Shown: positions 25,506 through 33,378 of the stretch, piece by piece
How the letters are laid out: every line of letters begins with the position of its first letter
Numbering within the stretch: position 1 is the stretch's first letter
Source of the DNA: Candidatus Nanoarchaeia archaeon
Lineage (GTDB): Archaea; Nanobdellota; Nanobdellia; Woesearchaeales; SM23-78
DNA: 47,237 bases
Direction: 5' to 3'
Assembly (NCBI GenBank): GCA_041479965.1
Contig: JBGOZE010000002.1
Span: forward strand, 1-47,237
Position numbers and translations under genes: made by a program
The notes under the pieces: generated by a model
Told to the model about the DNA's origin: nothing
The model's database searches: none
Seen by the model: the letters and a program-made list of their open reading frames with translations, nothing else

Positions 25506-27575
25506 TCACTCCCTGCTTATCCTGCTCTCGTGGCCGTCCTTCCTTATCCTGATGATGTGGTCCACGAATCCTTCCATCTTGGCCTCGTGGCTTACTATGA
25601 TGGTCTGCTTCACATGGGTCTGGTTGAGCACTTCTCGAACTCGGTCAAGCTGCTCTGAAGAAAAGCCTTCTGTGGGCTCATCAAGGATTATCAGGTCCCT
25701 GGTCCTTATGGTGCTCAAAAAGTCATTGATGACTTTGTTCAAGGCAAGCCTGTAGGCTAAGGCTACGCTGGTCTTCTCTCCTCCTGAAAGGTTGTCTATC
25801 CAGGTCTCATAGCCGTTCTGCTCAATCACAGGAGCGAAGTTATCGTCAAGCCTGATGCTTATGGTCTCGTCCTCTATGAGCGTGCTGAACCATTCCTGGA
25901 AGAAAGCATTGAACTCGCTGTATATCATGGCCAGGATGTTCTTCTCTATGAGGTCTGTCAGGCTGACAAAGTGCTCTTCCATCCAGCTCTTGAGGGAGTT
26001 GAGCCTGTTGAGATGCTTCTCACCCTCTCTCATCCTATCAATCTCTTTTTTCAGCCTCTCTGCTATCTGGCTGAGGGCATTAAGGCGTGTCTTGCTCTCG
26101 AGCGCTGACTTCTCAAGCTTGTATTTCTCCTCTCTCCTGGTCTCAAGCTCTTTTTTCGCTTTCTCAAAATCATTTTTCTTATCCTTCTGTTTCTCAAGCT
26201 TCTCATCAATCTCAGCGATCATGGAATTGGCTTTCTGCAAGTTCTCCTTGAGCTCCTTGAGCTCGTGCTCCAATAGTTTCTTGCGTTCCTTTTTCTCCTC
26301 TAAAGCTTCGAACTTGGCCTTCTTAGCCTCCACTTCCCGCTCCCCTTTCAGGTATTGCTCAATCTCTTCCTCGATAGCTTCTCTTTTCTGCCTGAACTTC
26401 TTCTCGAACTCATCCAGCTTTTCCAGGTTGTTCTCGCAGTTCTTGACCACCACGTGCTCTCGCCCTGTCACCTCGCTGATGTGCTCAGGAGTCACTTTCT
26501 GCTTGCAAGTAGGGCACTCATCGAGCTTTGAAATCTCATTTATCATCTTCAAGGAAGCATTCTTCCTAGTGCTGTTCTCTGCTCTCCTAGTGTTGATGTC
26601 AGAGAGCTGCTTCTCAAGGCTTTTCAGCTCAGCCTTCTTCTTCTCAACCAATTGCTTGATCTCATCTGCTTTTCTCAGGTCAAATCCTTCAAGGCCTCTG
26701 AGCAGCTCATCTAGCAGAGGGATTATTTTTTTCATCTCAGACTCGCTCCTCTCAAGCTGCCTGGTCAATGAGAACAGTTCGCTCTTGCTCACAGCAGCTT
26801 CTTTCTCAAGCTTCTTCATCTCTTCAAGCTCCTGCTCTAATTTCTCAAATCCATTCTGTGCATCTTCAAATGCATGCTTGACCTTAGCTAGTTCAGAGTC
26901 GCTTTGCTCAAGCTTTTTCTTGAGATCAAACGCCTGCTTGTCATAGTCCTCGAGCTCTTGCTTCTTGTCAGGAAGAGTCTCAAGCTTTCCTTCAAGCACA
27001 TTGGCTCTGGCTTTCAGCTCTCTAATATATAATAAGGAGTTCTCCTTGACTCTCTTGTACTTGTCGATGTTGAACAAGCGCCTCAAGATGTCCAATCGCT
27101 CTTCCCTGTTCTCATACAATATCTTCTTCATCTCTTCCTGAGGCGTGAACACTGTGTAACGGAATATCAAGGACTTTGACTTGGTAAGAAGCTCCTCAGG
27201 GTAGCCTATCAATTCAAGGACTTTTGCCTTCAGCTCTTGAGGCGTTCCTTCAAAAGAAACATTGTTGACTATCAGCTCTCCGCTTTCCTGGGCAACACCT
27301 GCAAGAGTCCTCTTGAGCGAGCGCTTGATGAAGAGCTTGTCATTGCCAAGAGTGAAGTGAAGCTCAACAGAGCCCTGGCTTGCTCCGTGCCTGAGAAGAG
27401 TGCTTCCGCTCACCAATCCCTTCATGATGCCGAAGATGGCGAACTCCATAGCCAACAGGATGCTGGTCTTGCCACCGCCGATGTCACCTGAGAGAAGCAC
27501 GCTGCCTGGAGGGAACTCAATGGTCGCATCTACGTATGAGCGAATATTCCTCAATCTTAAAGAACTGATAATCAT
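25506..27575 (-). CDS. rad50: Rad50/SbcC-like SMC-family ATPase with central zinc hook (short form, about 689 aa)
   Basis: N-terminus MIISSLRLRNIRSY..., Walker A GDIGGGKTS, long heptad-rich E/K coiled coil, CPTC hook at nt 26505-26516 (mid-protein), signature LSGGEKTSVALAYRLAL, Walker B LIILDEPTEGF and H-loop VSHE. Start taken at the internal ATG at 27575, which has its own TATA (complement TTATTTATAA) about 30 nt upstream. Confidence 0.8.
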   Translation of the reverse strand: MIISSLRLRNIRSYVDATIEFPPGSVLLSGDIGGGKTSILLAMEFAIFGIMKGLVSGSTLLRHGASQGSVELHFTLGNDKLFIKRSLKRTLAGVAQESGELIVNNVSFEGTPQELKAKVLELIGYPEELLTKSKSLIFRYTVFTPQEEMKKILYENREERLDILRRLFNIDKYKRVKENSLLYIRELKARANVLEGKLETLPDKKQELEDYDKQAFDLKKKLEQSDSELAKVKHAFEDAQNGFEKLEQELEEMKKLEKEAAVSKSELFSLTRQLERSESEMKKIIPLLDELLRGLEGFDLRKADEIKQLVEKKKAELKSLEKQLSDINTRRAENSTRKNASLKMINEISKLDECPTCKQKVTPEHISEVTGREHVVVKNCENNLEKLDEFEKKFRQKREAIEEEIEQYLKGEREVEAKKAKFEALEEKKERKKLLEHELKELKENLQKANSMIAEIDEKLEKQKDKKNDFEKAKKELETRREEKYKLEKSALESKTRLNALSQIAERLKKEIDRMREGEKHLNRLNSLKSWMEEHFVSLTDLIEKNILAMIYSEFNAFFQEWFSTLIEDETISIRLDDNFAPVIEQNGYETWIDNLSGGEKTSVALAYRLALNKVINDFLSTIRTRDLIILDEPTEGFSSEQLDRVREVLNQTHVKQTIIVSHEAKMEGFVDHIIRIRKDGHESRISRE

Positions 27576-27631
27576 AATTAAGAGGGAAAAAAAATGGTTA
27601 TAAATAATTTGTTGTTTTGGGAATAGCATCC

Positions 27632-28873
27632 CTATTTCTTCAGGAGCTTCAGAGGCACATCTGAGCGTACAGTGTCCTTGTAGCCAACATCATAGTTCTC
27701 CCTCAAGTAAGAGTCAATCACTTCGCAGCCATTCTTGTAATTATCATCCCACTCCTGCTTTTTCTGCGCAATGAAGGTTTCTGGAGCGATTCCAAGCCTG
27801 TTAGCCTCACAAGTAAGCCTCTGTATTGTTGGTCCGTACGACGCCTTTAATGGGCCAACATGTACTCTGAGAGCAAAGTTCTCAATGTGCCTATCCATTT
27901 TCTCAAGGTAAGGCCAGAGCGTTTCAGGGTTAGGGTTGTACATCTGGGGATAGATGTCAAATCCAGCCTTCACGAACCTCTTGATGGAATAGAGCTGCTC
28001 TTGCATGCTAGGATTGGACTGCACATTGCTTTTGAGGTTCTCAGCATCACAGCCCTTCAAGGCAGTAAGAACCTTGACAGGATGCTCTGCAAGCTTCTCA
28101 AGGATGTGCTTCTCATAAATCCCTTCCTTCTCAAACCTCTTGACAACCGAGCCAGTTGATAGGTTGCTGTCAATCTGACCTACCAAGTCCAATCCTCGAT
28201 TGCTTATCTCACGCCACACATCCAATACATAATCAAGCACAATAGTCGGCTCTCCTCCTGAAATCCTAAGCACCTTGATGTCAAGGTCAAAGCCAAACTC
28301 TTTATTATAGAAACTCCTTATCTTGTCTTTTGCAGACAGCATGCTATCAATTATTTCATCAACACCAAGCCAGGCCTTTCCAGGGGCTATCTTCCCATCA
28401 TTGCTCTTATCATCAACAAAGCAATACCAGCACCCGCCAGTCTCTGTTCCGTCATGGAAATTGCAGCCAGCTACCTGGGCTATGAAAGGAGTGTTGTAAT
28501 CAGAAGCTCTCCGGATATCAAATCCTTGGTTATGCTTGAACCATAAAGGGAAATCAAACTCCTGGCGCTTAATCAGCTCCTCGATTTCGCTGCTTGGCAT
28601 CTGCCTGATGTCCTTGAAAGGCATCTTGTACTCAACCGCTGCCTTAGGGTCAATGTCCTTGATATTGAACTTAGCCCTGAAAACATACTCTCCAGTTTTA
28701 ATGTTAGGCATGAGGTCAATCACCTTGGAAGTGTCCTTGCCCTGCAAAGTATTGGAGAAGTCTGTCACCAGCACTTTGTCGTCTTTCCTTAAAGTCTTCC
28801 TCAACTCAAGAGCCCTGCTTATCGCATCAGTCTTCATAATGCCCCCCCGCAAATGTTTAGCTGAATAACTCAC
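27632..28873 (-). CDS. radical-SAM-like protein with atypical spaced cluster motif and N-terminal extra domain
   Basis: GCNFHDGTETGGCWYCF gives C-x10-C-x2-C (nt 28421-28465) rather than CxxxCxxC. A downstream ISGGEPT glycine-rich SAM motif is present. The roughly 130 aa N-terminal region is not recognised. An alternative start is ATG 28837 (MKTDAISR...). Confidence 0.6.
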   Translation of the reverse strand: MSYSAKHLRGGIMKTDAISRALELRKTLRKDDKVLVTDFSNTLQGKDTSKVIDLMPNIKTGEYVFRAKFNIKDIDPKAAVEYKMPFKDIRQMPSSEIEELIKRQEFDFPLWFKHNQGFDIRRASDYNTPFIAQVAGCNFHDGTETGGCWYCFVDDKSNDGKIAPGKAWLGVDEIIDSMLSAKDKIRSFYNKEFGFDLDIKVLRISGGEPTIVLDYVLDVWREISNRGLDLVGQIDSNLSTGSVVKRFEKEGIYEKHILEKLAEHPVKVLTALKGCDAENLKSNVQSNPSMQEQLYSIKRFVKAGFDIYPQMYNPNPETLWPYLEKMDRHIENFALRVHVGPLKASYGPTIQRLTCEANRLGIAPETFIAQKKQEWDDNYKNGCEVIDSYLRENYDVGYKDTVRSDVPLKLLKK

Positions 28874-28959
28874 CTAAAGAATCAGTCTTCAGGGCTCACC
28901 CCTCTTTTTGAGATGAAGATTCCAGATATTACTATATATATCTTTCTTTTTTAAAAAAA

Positions 28960-28969
28960 CTTTATAAAG
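28960..28969 (+). promoter_or_regulatory. TATA box for tRNA-Gln
   Basis: CTTTATAAAG is centred about 27 nt upstream of the tRNA 5' end at 28992. Confidence 0.55.
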
Positions 28970-28991
28970 CCAGTAAGAATAATAATCTTCA

Positions 28992-29182
28992 CAGCCCCGT
29001 GGTGTAGCGGCCAAGCATACCGGACTTTGGAAGTGCAGGAAGAGAAGCCTGTGCTGAACACATCCGTTGACCCAGGTTCAAAAGAGATTTTTGCGAAAAA
29101 TCTCGTAAAAAGCAGGCGACATTCGCCTACGGCGAAGTCCCCTTACGAAAAGCAAGATCTCATGAAACTCCTGGCGGGGCTA
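28992..29182 (+). tRNA. tRNA-Gln(TTG) with two introns (about 31 nt canonical 37/38; about 87 nt in the T-loop near 59/60)
   Basis: AGCCCCG-TG-GTGT-AGCGGCCAA-GCAT-A-CCGGA-CTTTGGA-[intron]-TCCGT-TGAC-CCAGG-TTCAAA-[intron]-T-CCTGG-CGGGGCT-A. The spliced length is 73 nt. A1:U72 is typical of archaeal tRNA-Gln. There is one C27:U43 mismatch, so a Pro(TGG) reading cannot be fully excluded. Confidence 0.75.
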
Positions 29183-29293
29183 TTAACCAATGCGTGACTT
29201 GGGTGGACTACATTTTCCACCCAGCTCACTTTTTCTAGTTTTATCAAAAAGAGTCAAAATGTGTTCCTTGACTGTCACGCACTCGGCGTTCGC

Positions 29294-29309
29294 CCTGGCA
29301 GGGCTATTA
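29294..29309 (+). repeat. pseudo-copy 1 of the tRNA-Gln 3' end
   Basis: CCTGGCAGGGCTATTA against the tRNA 3' end CCTGGCGGGGCTATTA (29170-29185), 1 mismatch, same orientation. Confidence 0.7.
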
Positions 29310-29338
29310 TGATTTTTCTTTAAAGGTGAAAAAATAAA

Positions 29339-29752
29339 ATGATAAAGGAAAAATTAAAGCAAGATCAAGGGTTATTGGTGCTCTGGGCTGCTAAGTGCGC
29401 TGAGCATGTGCTTCCCTATTTCGAGAAAGAATATCCTCGAGACGATCGACCTAGCAAAGCCATTGAAGCAGGGCGCGCTTGGGTGCGTGGTGAGATAAAA
29501 ATGAATGAAGTTCGTGCTGCTGCAATTGCAGCTCACGCTGCTGCTCGTGACTGCGAGCATTCTGGGGCTCGTGCGGCCGCGCGTGCATCTGGTCACGCTG
29601 CTGCAACTGCTCATGTTGTCACTCACGCCCCTCATGCTGCCAATTATGCTGTTACTGCCGCCGAAGCTGAAGGTATCGTTGGAGAGCGCGAGTGGCAATT
29701 TCGACATCTTTCAAAACGCCTTCGGCCAGTAATGAAAAAGTTAGTGAGATAA
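29339..29752 (+). CDS. Ala/His-rich helical repeat protein; resembles a bacterial family I recall being annotated as putative (Imm5-like) immunity protein
   Basis: 137 aa: ...LWAAKCAEHVLPYFEKEYPRDDRPSKAIEAGRAWVRGEIKMNEVRAAAIAAHAAARD...ARAAARASGHAAATAHVVTHAPHAANYAV. SD AGGTGA about 10 nt upstream. It is visibly more GC-rich than its surroundings. The family assignment is from memory and unverified. Confidence 0.6.
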   Translation: MIKEKLKQDQGLLVLWAAKCAEHVLPYFEKEYPRDDRPSKAIEAGRAWVRGEIKMNEVRAAAIAAHAAARDCEHSGARAAARASGHAAATAHVVTHAPHAANYAVTAAEAEGIVGEREWQFRHLSKRLRPVMKKLVR

Positions 29753-29755
29753 GAA

Positions 29756-29772
29756 TTTGGCAGGGCTACTTA
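29756..29772 (+). repeat. pseudo-copy 2 of the tRNA-Gln 3' end
   Basis: TTTGGCAGGGCTACTTA shares the core TGGC(A)GGGCTA with copy 1 and with the tRNA. It lies directly after the stop of the gene at 29339-29752. Confidence 0.55.
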
Positions 29773-29850
29773 TTTTTTTCTTGCCAAGAAAAGAAAATGT
29801 TTTTATATTAGAGTGGTTAAGCAGGCTTGTTTTGGGAGGGTGCCGGGTGT

Positions 29851-31188
29851 ATGACTGATAATCTTTTTGACGTAGCTATCATCGGCAGCGGTCCTGCGGG
29901 CTTGTGGGCAGCTGATGAGCTGATAAGTTCTAACCCTAAGCTAAAAGTAGCTATCTTCGAGAAGAACACTTTCTCATCTGGCGGCATGATAAATGATTGC
30001 AAGCTCAACCTGACTCCTAAGATAGGCATGGATTTGGATGAGCTCAAGGTTTCTGAAGCAGAGGCTTGGGACTTTATCCAGAAGATTGATGACAAATTCC
30101 TGCAATACGGAGCAGACCCTGTTGTTTCTGGCACTAATGAGCACGAAATTAAGAAATGGGTTGACAGGGCTAAGAGGTGCGATGCTGAGCTGATTGTGTG
30201 CAAGCAAAGGCACATAGGAACTGACAAGGCAGGGCTTATTGTCAAGCAGTACAAGGAGGAGCTTGAGTCCCAGGGAATCAAGTTCCTGGTTAACACTCCG
30301 GTTGATGATATCCAGAAAGAAGGAGATATGTTCAAGCTAAAATCAGGCTTAAATGAGTTCCAAGCCAAGTTTGTCATCTGCGCTCCTGGCAGGGACGGAG
30401 CTTACTGGCTGAGAGACCTGGCGAAAAAATTAGGCATCAATTTCAGGTGGAGCGCAGTTGATGTAGGAGTAAGGATAGAGGTGCTGAGAGAAGTGTATGA
30501 CCCGATAACTGATGTCATCTATGACCCTAAGTTCATCTTCAACACCAAGTGCCACGGAGACAAGGTCAGGACTTTCTGCACCAACCCTGGCGGAAGAGTC
30601 AGATTGGAGCCTGCCAATGGCAAAGGCTTCTTCCTGATAAACGGCGATGCTTTGAAGGACAAGAAGACTCAGAACACTAATTTCGCGATACTGAACACCA
30701 TTGATTTAACCCAGCCTTACGGAGACACCACTGAGATGGCGCGCTCAATAGCCATTGAAACCAACAGGCTAGGAGGGGGCAAGCCCATAATCCAGAGGAT
30801 GGGAGACTTCCTTAACGGCAAGAGGTCAAAGATGGAAACTTTCTATGACAAGAGCAAAGGCTATGACCAGGTAGAGCCTACTCTCAAGCCTGGCTTGCAG
30901 GTAGTTCCCGGAGACATCAACCTGGCTTACAGGGCGAGGATCATGCAGAACCTTGCAGAAGCCATTGACAGGCTTGACAGGATTGTTCCTGGAGTAGCTC
31001 ATCCTGCGACCCTGATTTATGCTCCTGAGATCAAGTTCTATGACACCAAGTACAAGACCAACAGGTTCCTTGAGACCAACCTTGAGAACTTCTTTGTCGC
31101 AGGGGACGGAGCTGGTAAGAGCAGGGGAATAGTCGGAGCAGCCATGACTGGGATGCTCGCAGCCAGAGGAATTCTTAGCAAGCTTTAA
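29851..31188 (+). CDS. FAD-dependent dehydrogenase (COG2509-like)
   Basis: N-terminal dinucleotide fold DVAIIGSGPAGLWAA and C-terminal FVAGDGAGKSRGIVGAAMTG. Start taken at ATG 29851 (the track starts 24 nt earlier). Confidence 0.75.
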   Translation: MTDNLFDVAIIGSGPAGLWAADELISSNPKLKVAIFEKNTFSSGGMINDCKLNLTPKIGMDLDELKVSEAEAWDFIQKIDDKFLQYGADPVVSGTNEHEIKKWVDRAKRCDAELIVCKQRHIGTDKAGLIVKQYKEELESQGIKFLVNTPVDDIQKEGDMFKLKSGLNEFQAKFVICAPGRDGAYWLRDLAKKLGINFRWSAVDVGVRIEVLREVYDPITDVIYDPKFIFNTKCHGDKVRTFCTNPGGRVRLEPANGKGFFLINGDALKDKKTQNTNFAILNTIDLTQPYGDTTEMARSIAIETNRLGGGKPIIQRMGDFLNGKRSKMETFYDKSKGYDQVEPTLKPGLQVVPGDINLAYRARIMQNLAEAIDRLDRIVPGVAHPATLIYAPEIKFYDTKYKTNRFLETNLENFFVAGDGAGKSRGIVGAAMTGMLAARGILSKL

Positions 31189-31267
31189 ATAGTAGTAAAA
31201 CAAGGCATTTCTCAGAGAATATTGAGAATAAATTAATTCATCCAAAAGACAATATGGAGGCGGAATA

Positions 31268-31408
31268 ATGATAGCAGTGATGTGCGACAAGTGCGGAAAG
31301 GCCATGACCAAGAAAGGCGTTCTCTTCATGAGCAACAGCAAGTTCGAGGTCTACAAGTGCTCTTGCGGCAACGAGAAGAAAATATGCCTAGGACTGGCTA
31401 ATCCTTAA
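31268..31408 (+). CDS. small zinc-ribbon protein (46 aa)
   Basis: Below the track cutoff. MIAVMCDKCGKAMTKKGVLFMSNSKFEVYKCSCGNEKKICLGLANP has paired CxxC...CxC. It sits in the gap between two plus-strand genes. Confidence 0.4.
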   Translation: MIAVMCDKCGKAMTKKGVLFMSNSKFEVYKCSCGNEKKICLGLANP

Positions 31409-31464
31409 AAAAAAGGCATTGGCAAAAAAGCAGATTTTTAAATCGAGTTGCTCTACTTCTTCCT

Positions 31465-32178
31465 ATGAATATCTTACCGAGCATCAGGATTATCGGCCTC
31501 ACACTGTATCTGGAAAAACACAAGGTCTTAGTTATCGCTGACTCTCACATAGGCTATGAGGAAGCCTTGAACAAGGAAGGAGTGATGATTCCGAGGCTGC
31601 AGTATAAGGAGATAATGAAGCAGCTGGAGCCTGTCTTCAAAGAGATAAAGCCTGATATTATTGTGATGCTCGGAGACATCAAGCACGAGTTCGGAACAAT
31701 ATCACGACAAGAATGGAGAGACACTCTTAACCTGCTGGACTATCTGCTCAGCAAAACAGGAAAGGTTATCCTAATCAAGGGCAACCATGACACTATTCTT
31801 GGCCCGTTGGCTGACAAGAAAGGCTTGGCTGTCAGGGATAGTTTTCTTGTTGATGACGTCCTTTTCTGCCACGGCCATAAGCTTATTGATGAGAAGAGCG
31901 ACTCTTTTAAGATGGCAAAAACAATCATCATTGGCCACGAGCATCCTGCGATCAGCCTGTGTGACGGCCCGAGAGTTGAGAAGTACAAATGCTTCTTGCT
32001 AGGCAAGTTCAAGAAGAAGAACCTGATAGTCATGCCCAGCTTTAATTTCGTGACAGAAGGAACAGATGTGATGCAGGAGAAGCTCCTGAGCCCTTTCATT
32101 GAGAGCCTTGATGACTTCGAAGCCTTTGTCGTCGGGGACAAAGTATATAAGTTCGGCAAGATTAGCAGATTGAAATAG
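31465..32178 (+). CDS. SbcD/Mre11-related metallophosphoesterase (short archaeal type)
   Basis: Calcineurin-like motifs in order: IADSHIG, GDIKHEF, GNHD, CHGH and GHEHP. At 237 aa it is too short for a full Mre11 with a capping domain. TATA at 31433-31445. Confidence 0.8.
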   Translation: MNILPSIRIIGLTLYLEKHKVLVIADSHIGYEEALNKEGVMIPRLQYKEIMKQLEPVFKEIKPDIIVMLGDIKHEFGTISRQEWRDTLNLLDYLLSKTGKVILIKGNHDTILGPLADKKGLAVRDSFLVDDVLFCHGHKLIDEKSDSFKMAKTIIIGHEHPAISLCDGPRVEKYKCFLLGKFKKKNLIVMPSFNFVTEGTDVMQEKLLSPFIESLDDFEAFVVGDKVYKFGKISRLK

Positions 32179-32200
32179 GTTAGAAAGGGGGCGCTATCAT

Positions 32201-32521
32201 ATGGTATTGGAAAATAAGGTCAGTGAATCGTGGGCTTCTGTTGAGAGGATTGAGAAAGGCAGCCAGAAAAAGAGAAAGATAGTCCTGAGCTGCATCTACG
32301 GAGAATACTCTGTTGAGCTTAAAGACCCTGTGGCCAGGAAGCTATGGGTGGGTGACATGCTCAAAGCTGGATTTATAACTGTTCCTAGCAGCCTGACAGA
32401 TTTCATCGGCCAGAAGCCAGAGCCAGGCGATGTGTTCACTGCTTCCCTGGAGCTAGAGTACTTGCGTGGGCCTGAAGGAGATTATATTTATCGCAGGAAT
32501 TACAACTCTAGAAAAAGATAA
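32201..32521 (+). CDS. hypothetical protein
   Basis: 106 aa ORF with SD AAGGGGG upstream of the ATG. No family recognised. Confidence 0.45.
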   Translation: MVLENKVSESWASVERIEKGSQKKRKIVLSCIYGEYSVELKDPVARKLWVGDMLKAGFITVPSSLTDFIGQKPEPGDVFTASLELEYLRGPEGDYIYRRNYNSRKR

Positions 32522-32541
32522 TTCTTAAGGCTTCGGGGCTC

Positions 32542-33237
32542 TTAATCTCTAGAATGTTGACTTTGATTATTTTTTCTTTTTCCTATTCTCTTTGCTCTTC
32601 CCTTTTTATTCTCCTGCTTGTAAACAACATAAGAATAGACCACCGCGTATATCGAGGCTAGGATTATGGGTGCTAAAAGCAGCAGGAAAGCTTGCTTGGG
32701 AAATATCAAGCCGAGAAGCACTAGCAGCGCAGCAATCTTGAAGAGCTTTCCTCCGATCAGGTGAGTCTTGTCCCACACCACATCGCTGCTCAGGGTCCAC
32801 GGAGTCCTTATGCCGATGAACCAGTTCCTCTTGGCATTGCTTATCAGGATTCCAGCGTAGAAGAAGAGCAGAGCCATCGCGGGTATGAGCATCTGCACCA
32901 TGTCGAATCTCATTCCAAGGTTCCATATTAGAGTCAGCAGGTAGATGTAAAGGAAGAACATCATGATCAGCAGGATGAACCTCTCATACTGGTTCCTGAA
33001 CTTGTCGATATTCTCTTTCAACGGGTCTATCAACGGGATGAATATGAAAAGCAAGAACAAACCAGCAGACATGATGGGCATCAGGAATAATCCCCAGAAC
33101 CTATCCATATATCCGTTCACTCTGCCCTGGGCATCCCAATGCGAAGCCATCTGCTCAGGCATCTCGGGGTAGAGATATAATCCTAGGAGGAAAGAGAGCA
33201 TTATCAATGCTATGATGGCTGCCAGGATTTTTCTCAT
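32542..33237 (-). CDS. SdpI/YhfL-family membrane protein (DUF1648 plus SdpI)
   Basis: N-terminal ...MASHWDAQGRVNGYMDRFWG... and the signature NWFIGIRTPWTLSSDVVWDKTH, with several TM helices. Start taken at MRKILAAIIALIML. Confidence 0.75.
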   Translation of the reverse strand: MRKILAAIIALIMLSFLLGLYLYPEMPEQMASHWDAQGRVNGYMDRFWGLFLMPIMSAGLFLLFIFIPLIDPLKENIDKFRNQYERFILLIMMFFLYIYLLTLIWNLGMRFDMVQMLIPAMALLFFYAGILISNAKRNWFIGIRTPWTLSSDVVWDKTHLIGGKLFKIAALLVLLGLIFPKQAFLLLLAPIILASIYAVVYSYVVYKQENKKGRAKRIGKRKNNQSQHSRD

Positions 33238-33378
33238 AATGACAGAAAATGCTTGCTTTCTTATCAATGTTTCGCAAGGCAAGCAAGGCAAAGTACACGA
33301 TTAGGGTTTGCAATTTAATAAAATTTATAAATGCGCTCGAAAAGAAAATGCAGATACAATTTTTATGAGGTGGTTCAT

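Noticed and set aside
25855-26946. 363-aa plus-strand ORF rich in Ser/Phe/Leu
   Set aside because: It is antisense to the E/K-rich coiled coil of the Rad50-like gene. This is the typical artefact of GAA/AAG-rich coding sequence read in reverse.
29817-31341. Minus-strand ORFs 29817-30377, 29974-30213 and 30826-31341
   Set aside because: They are antisense to the well-supported FAD-dependent dehydrogenase gene and have no motifs.
31465-32178. Calling this gene Mre11 and pairing it with the Rad50-like gene as a canonical repair operon
   Set aside because: It has the five phosphoesterase motifs but is only 237 aa, with no capping or DNA-binding domain. It is 4 kb away, on the opposite strand and separately promoted, so it is called SbcD/Mre11-related only.
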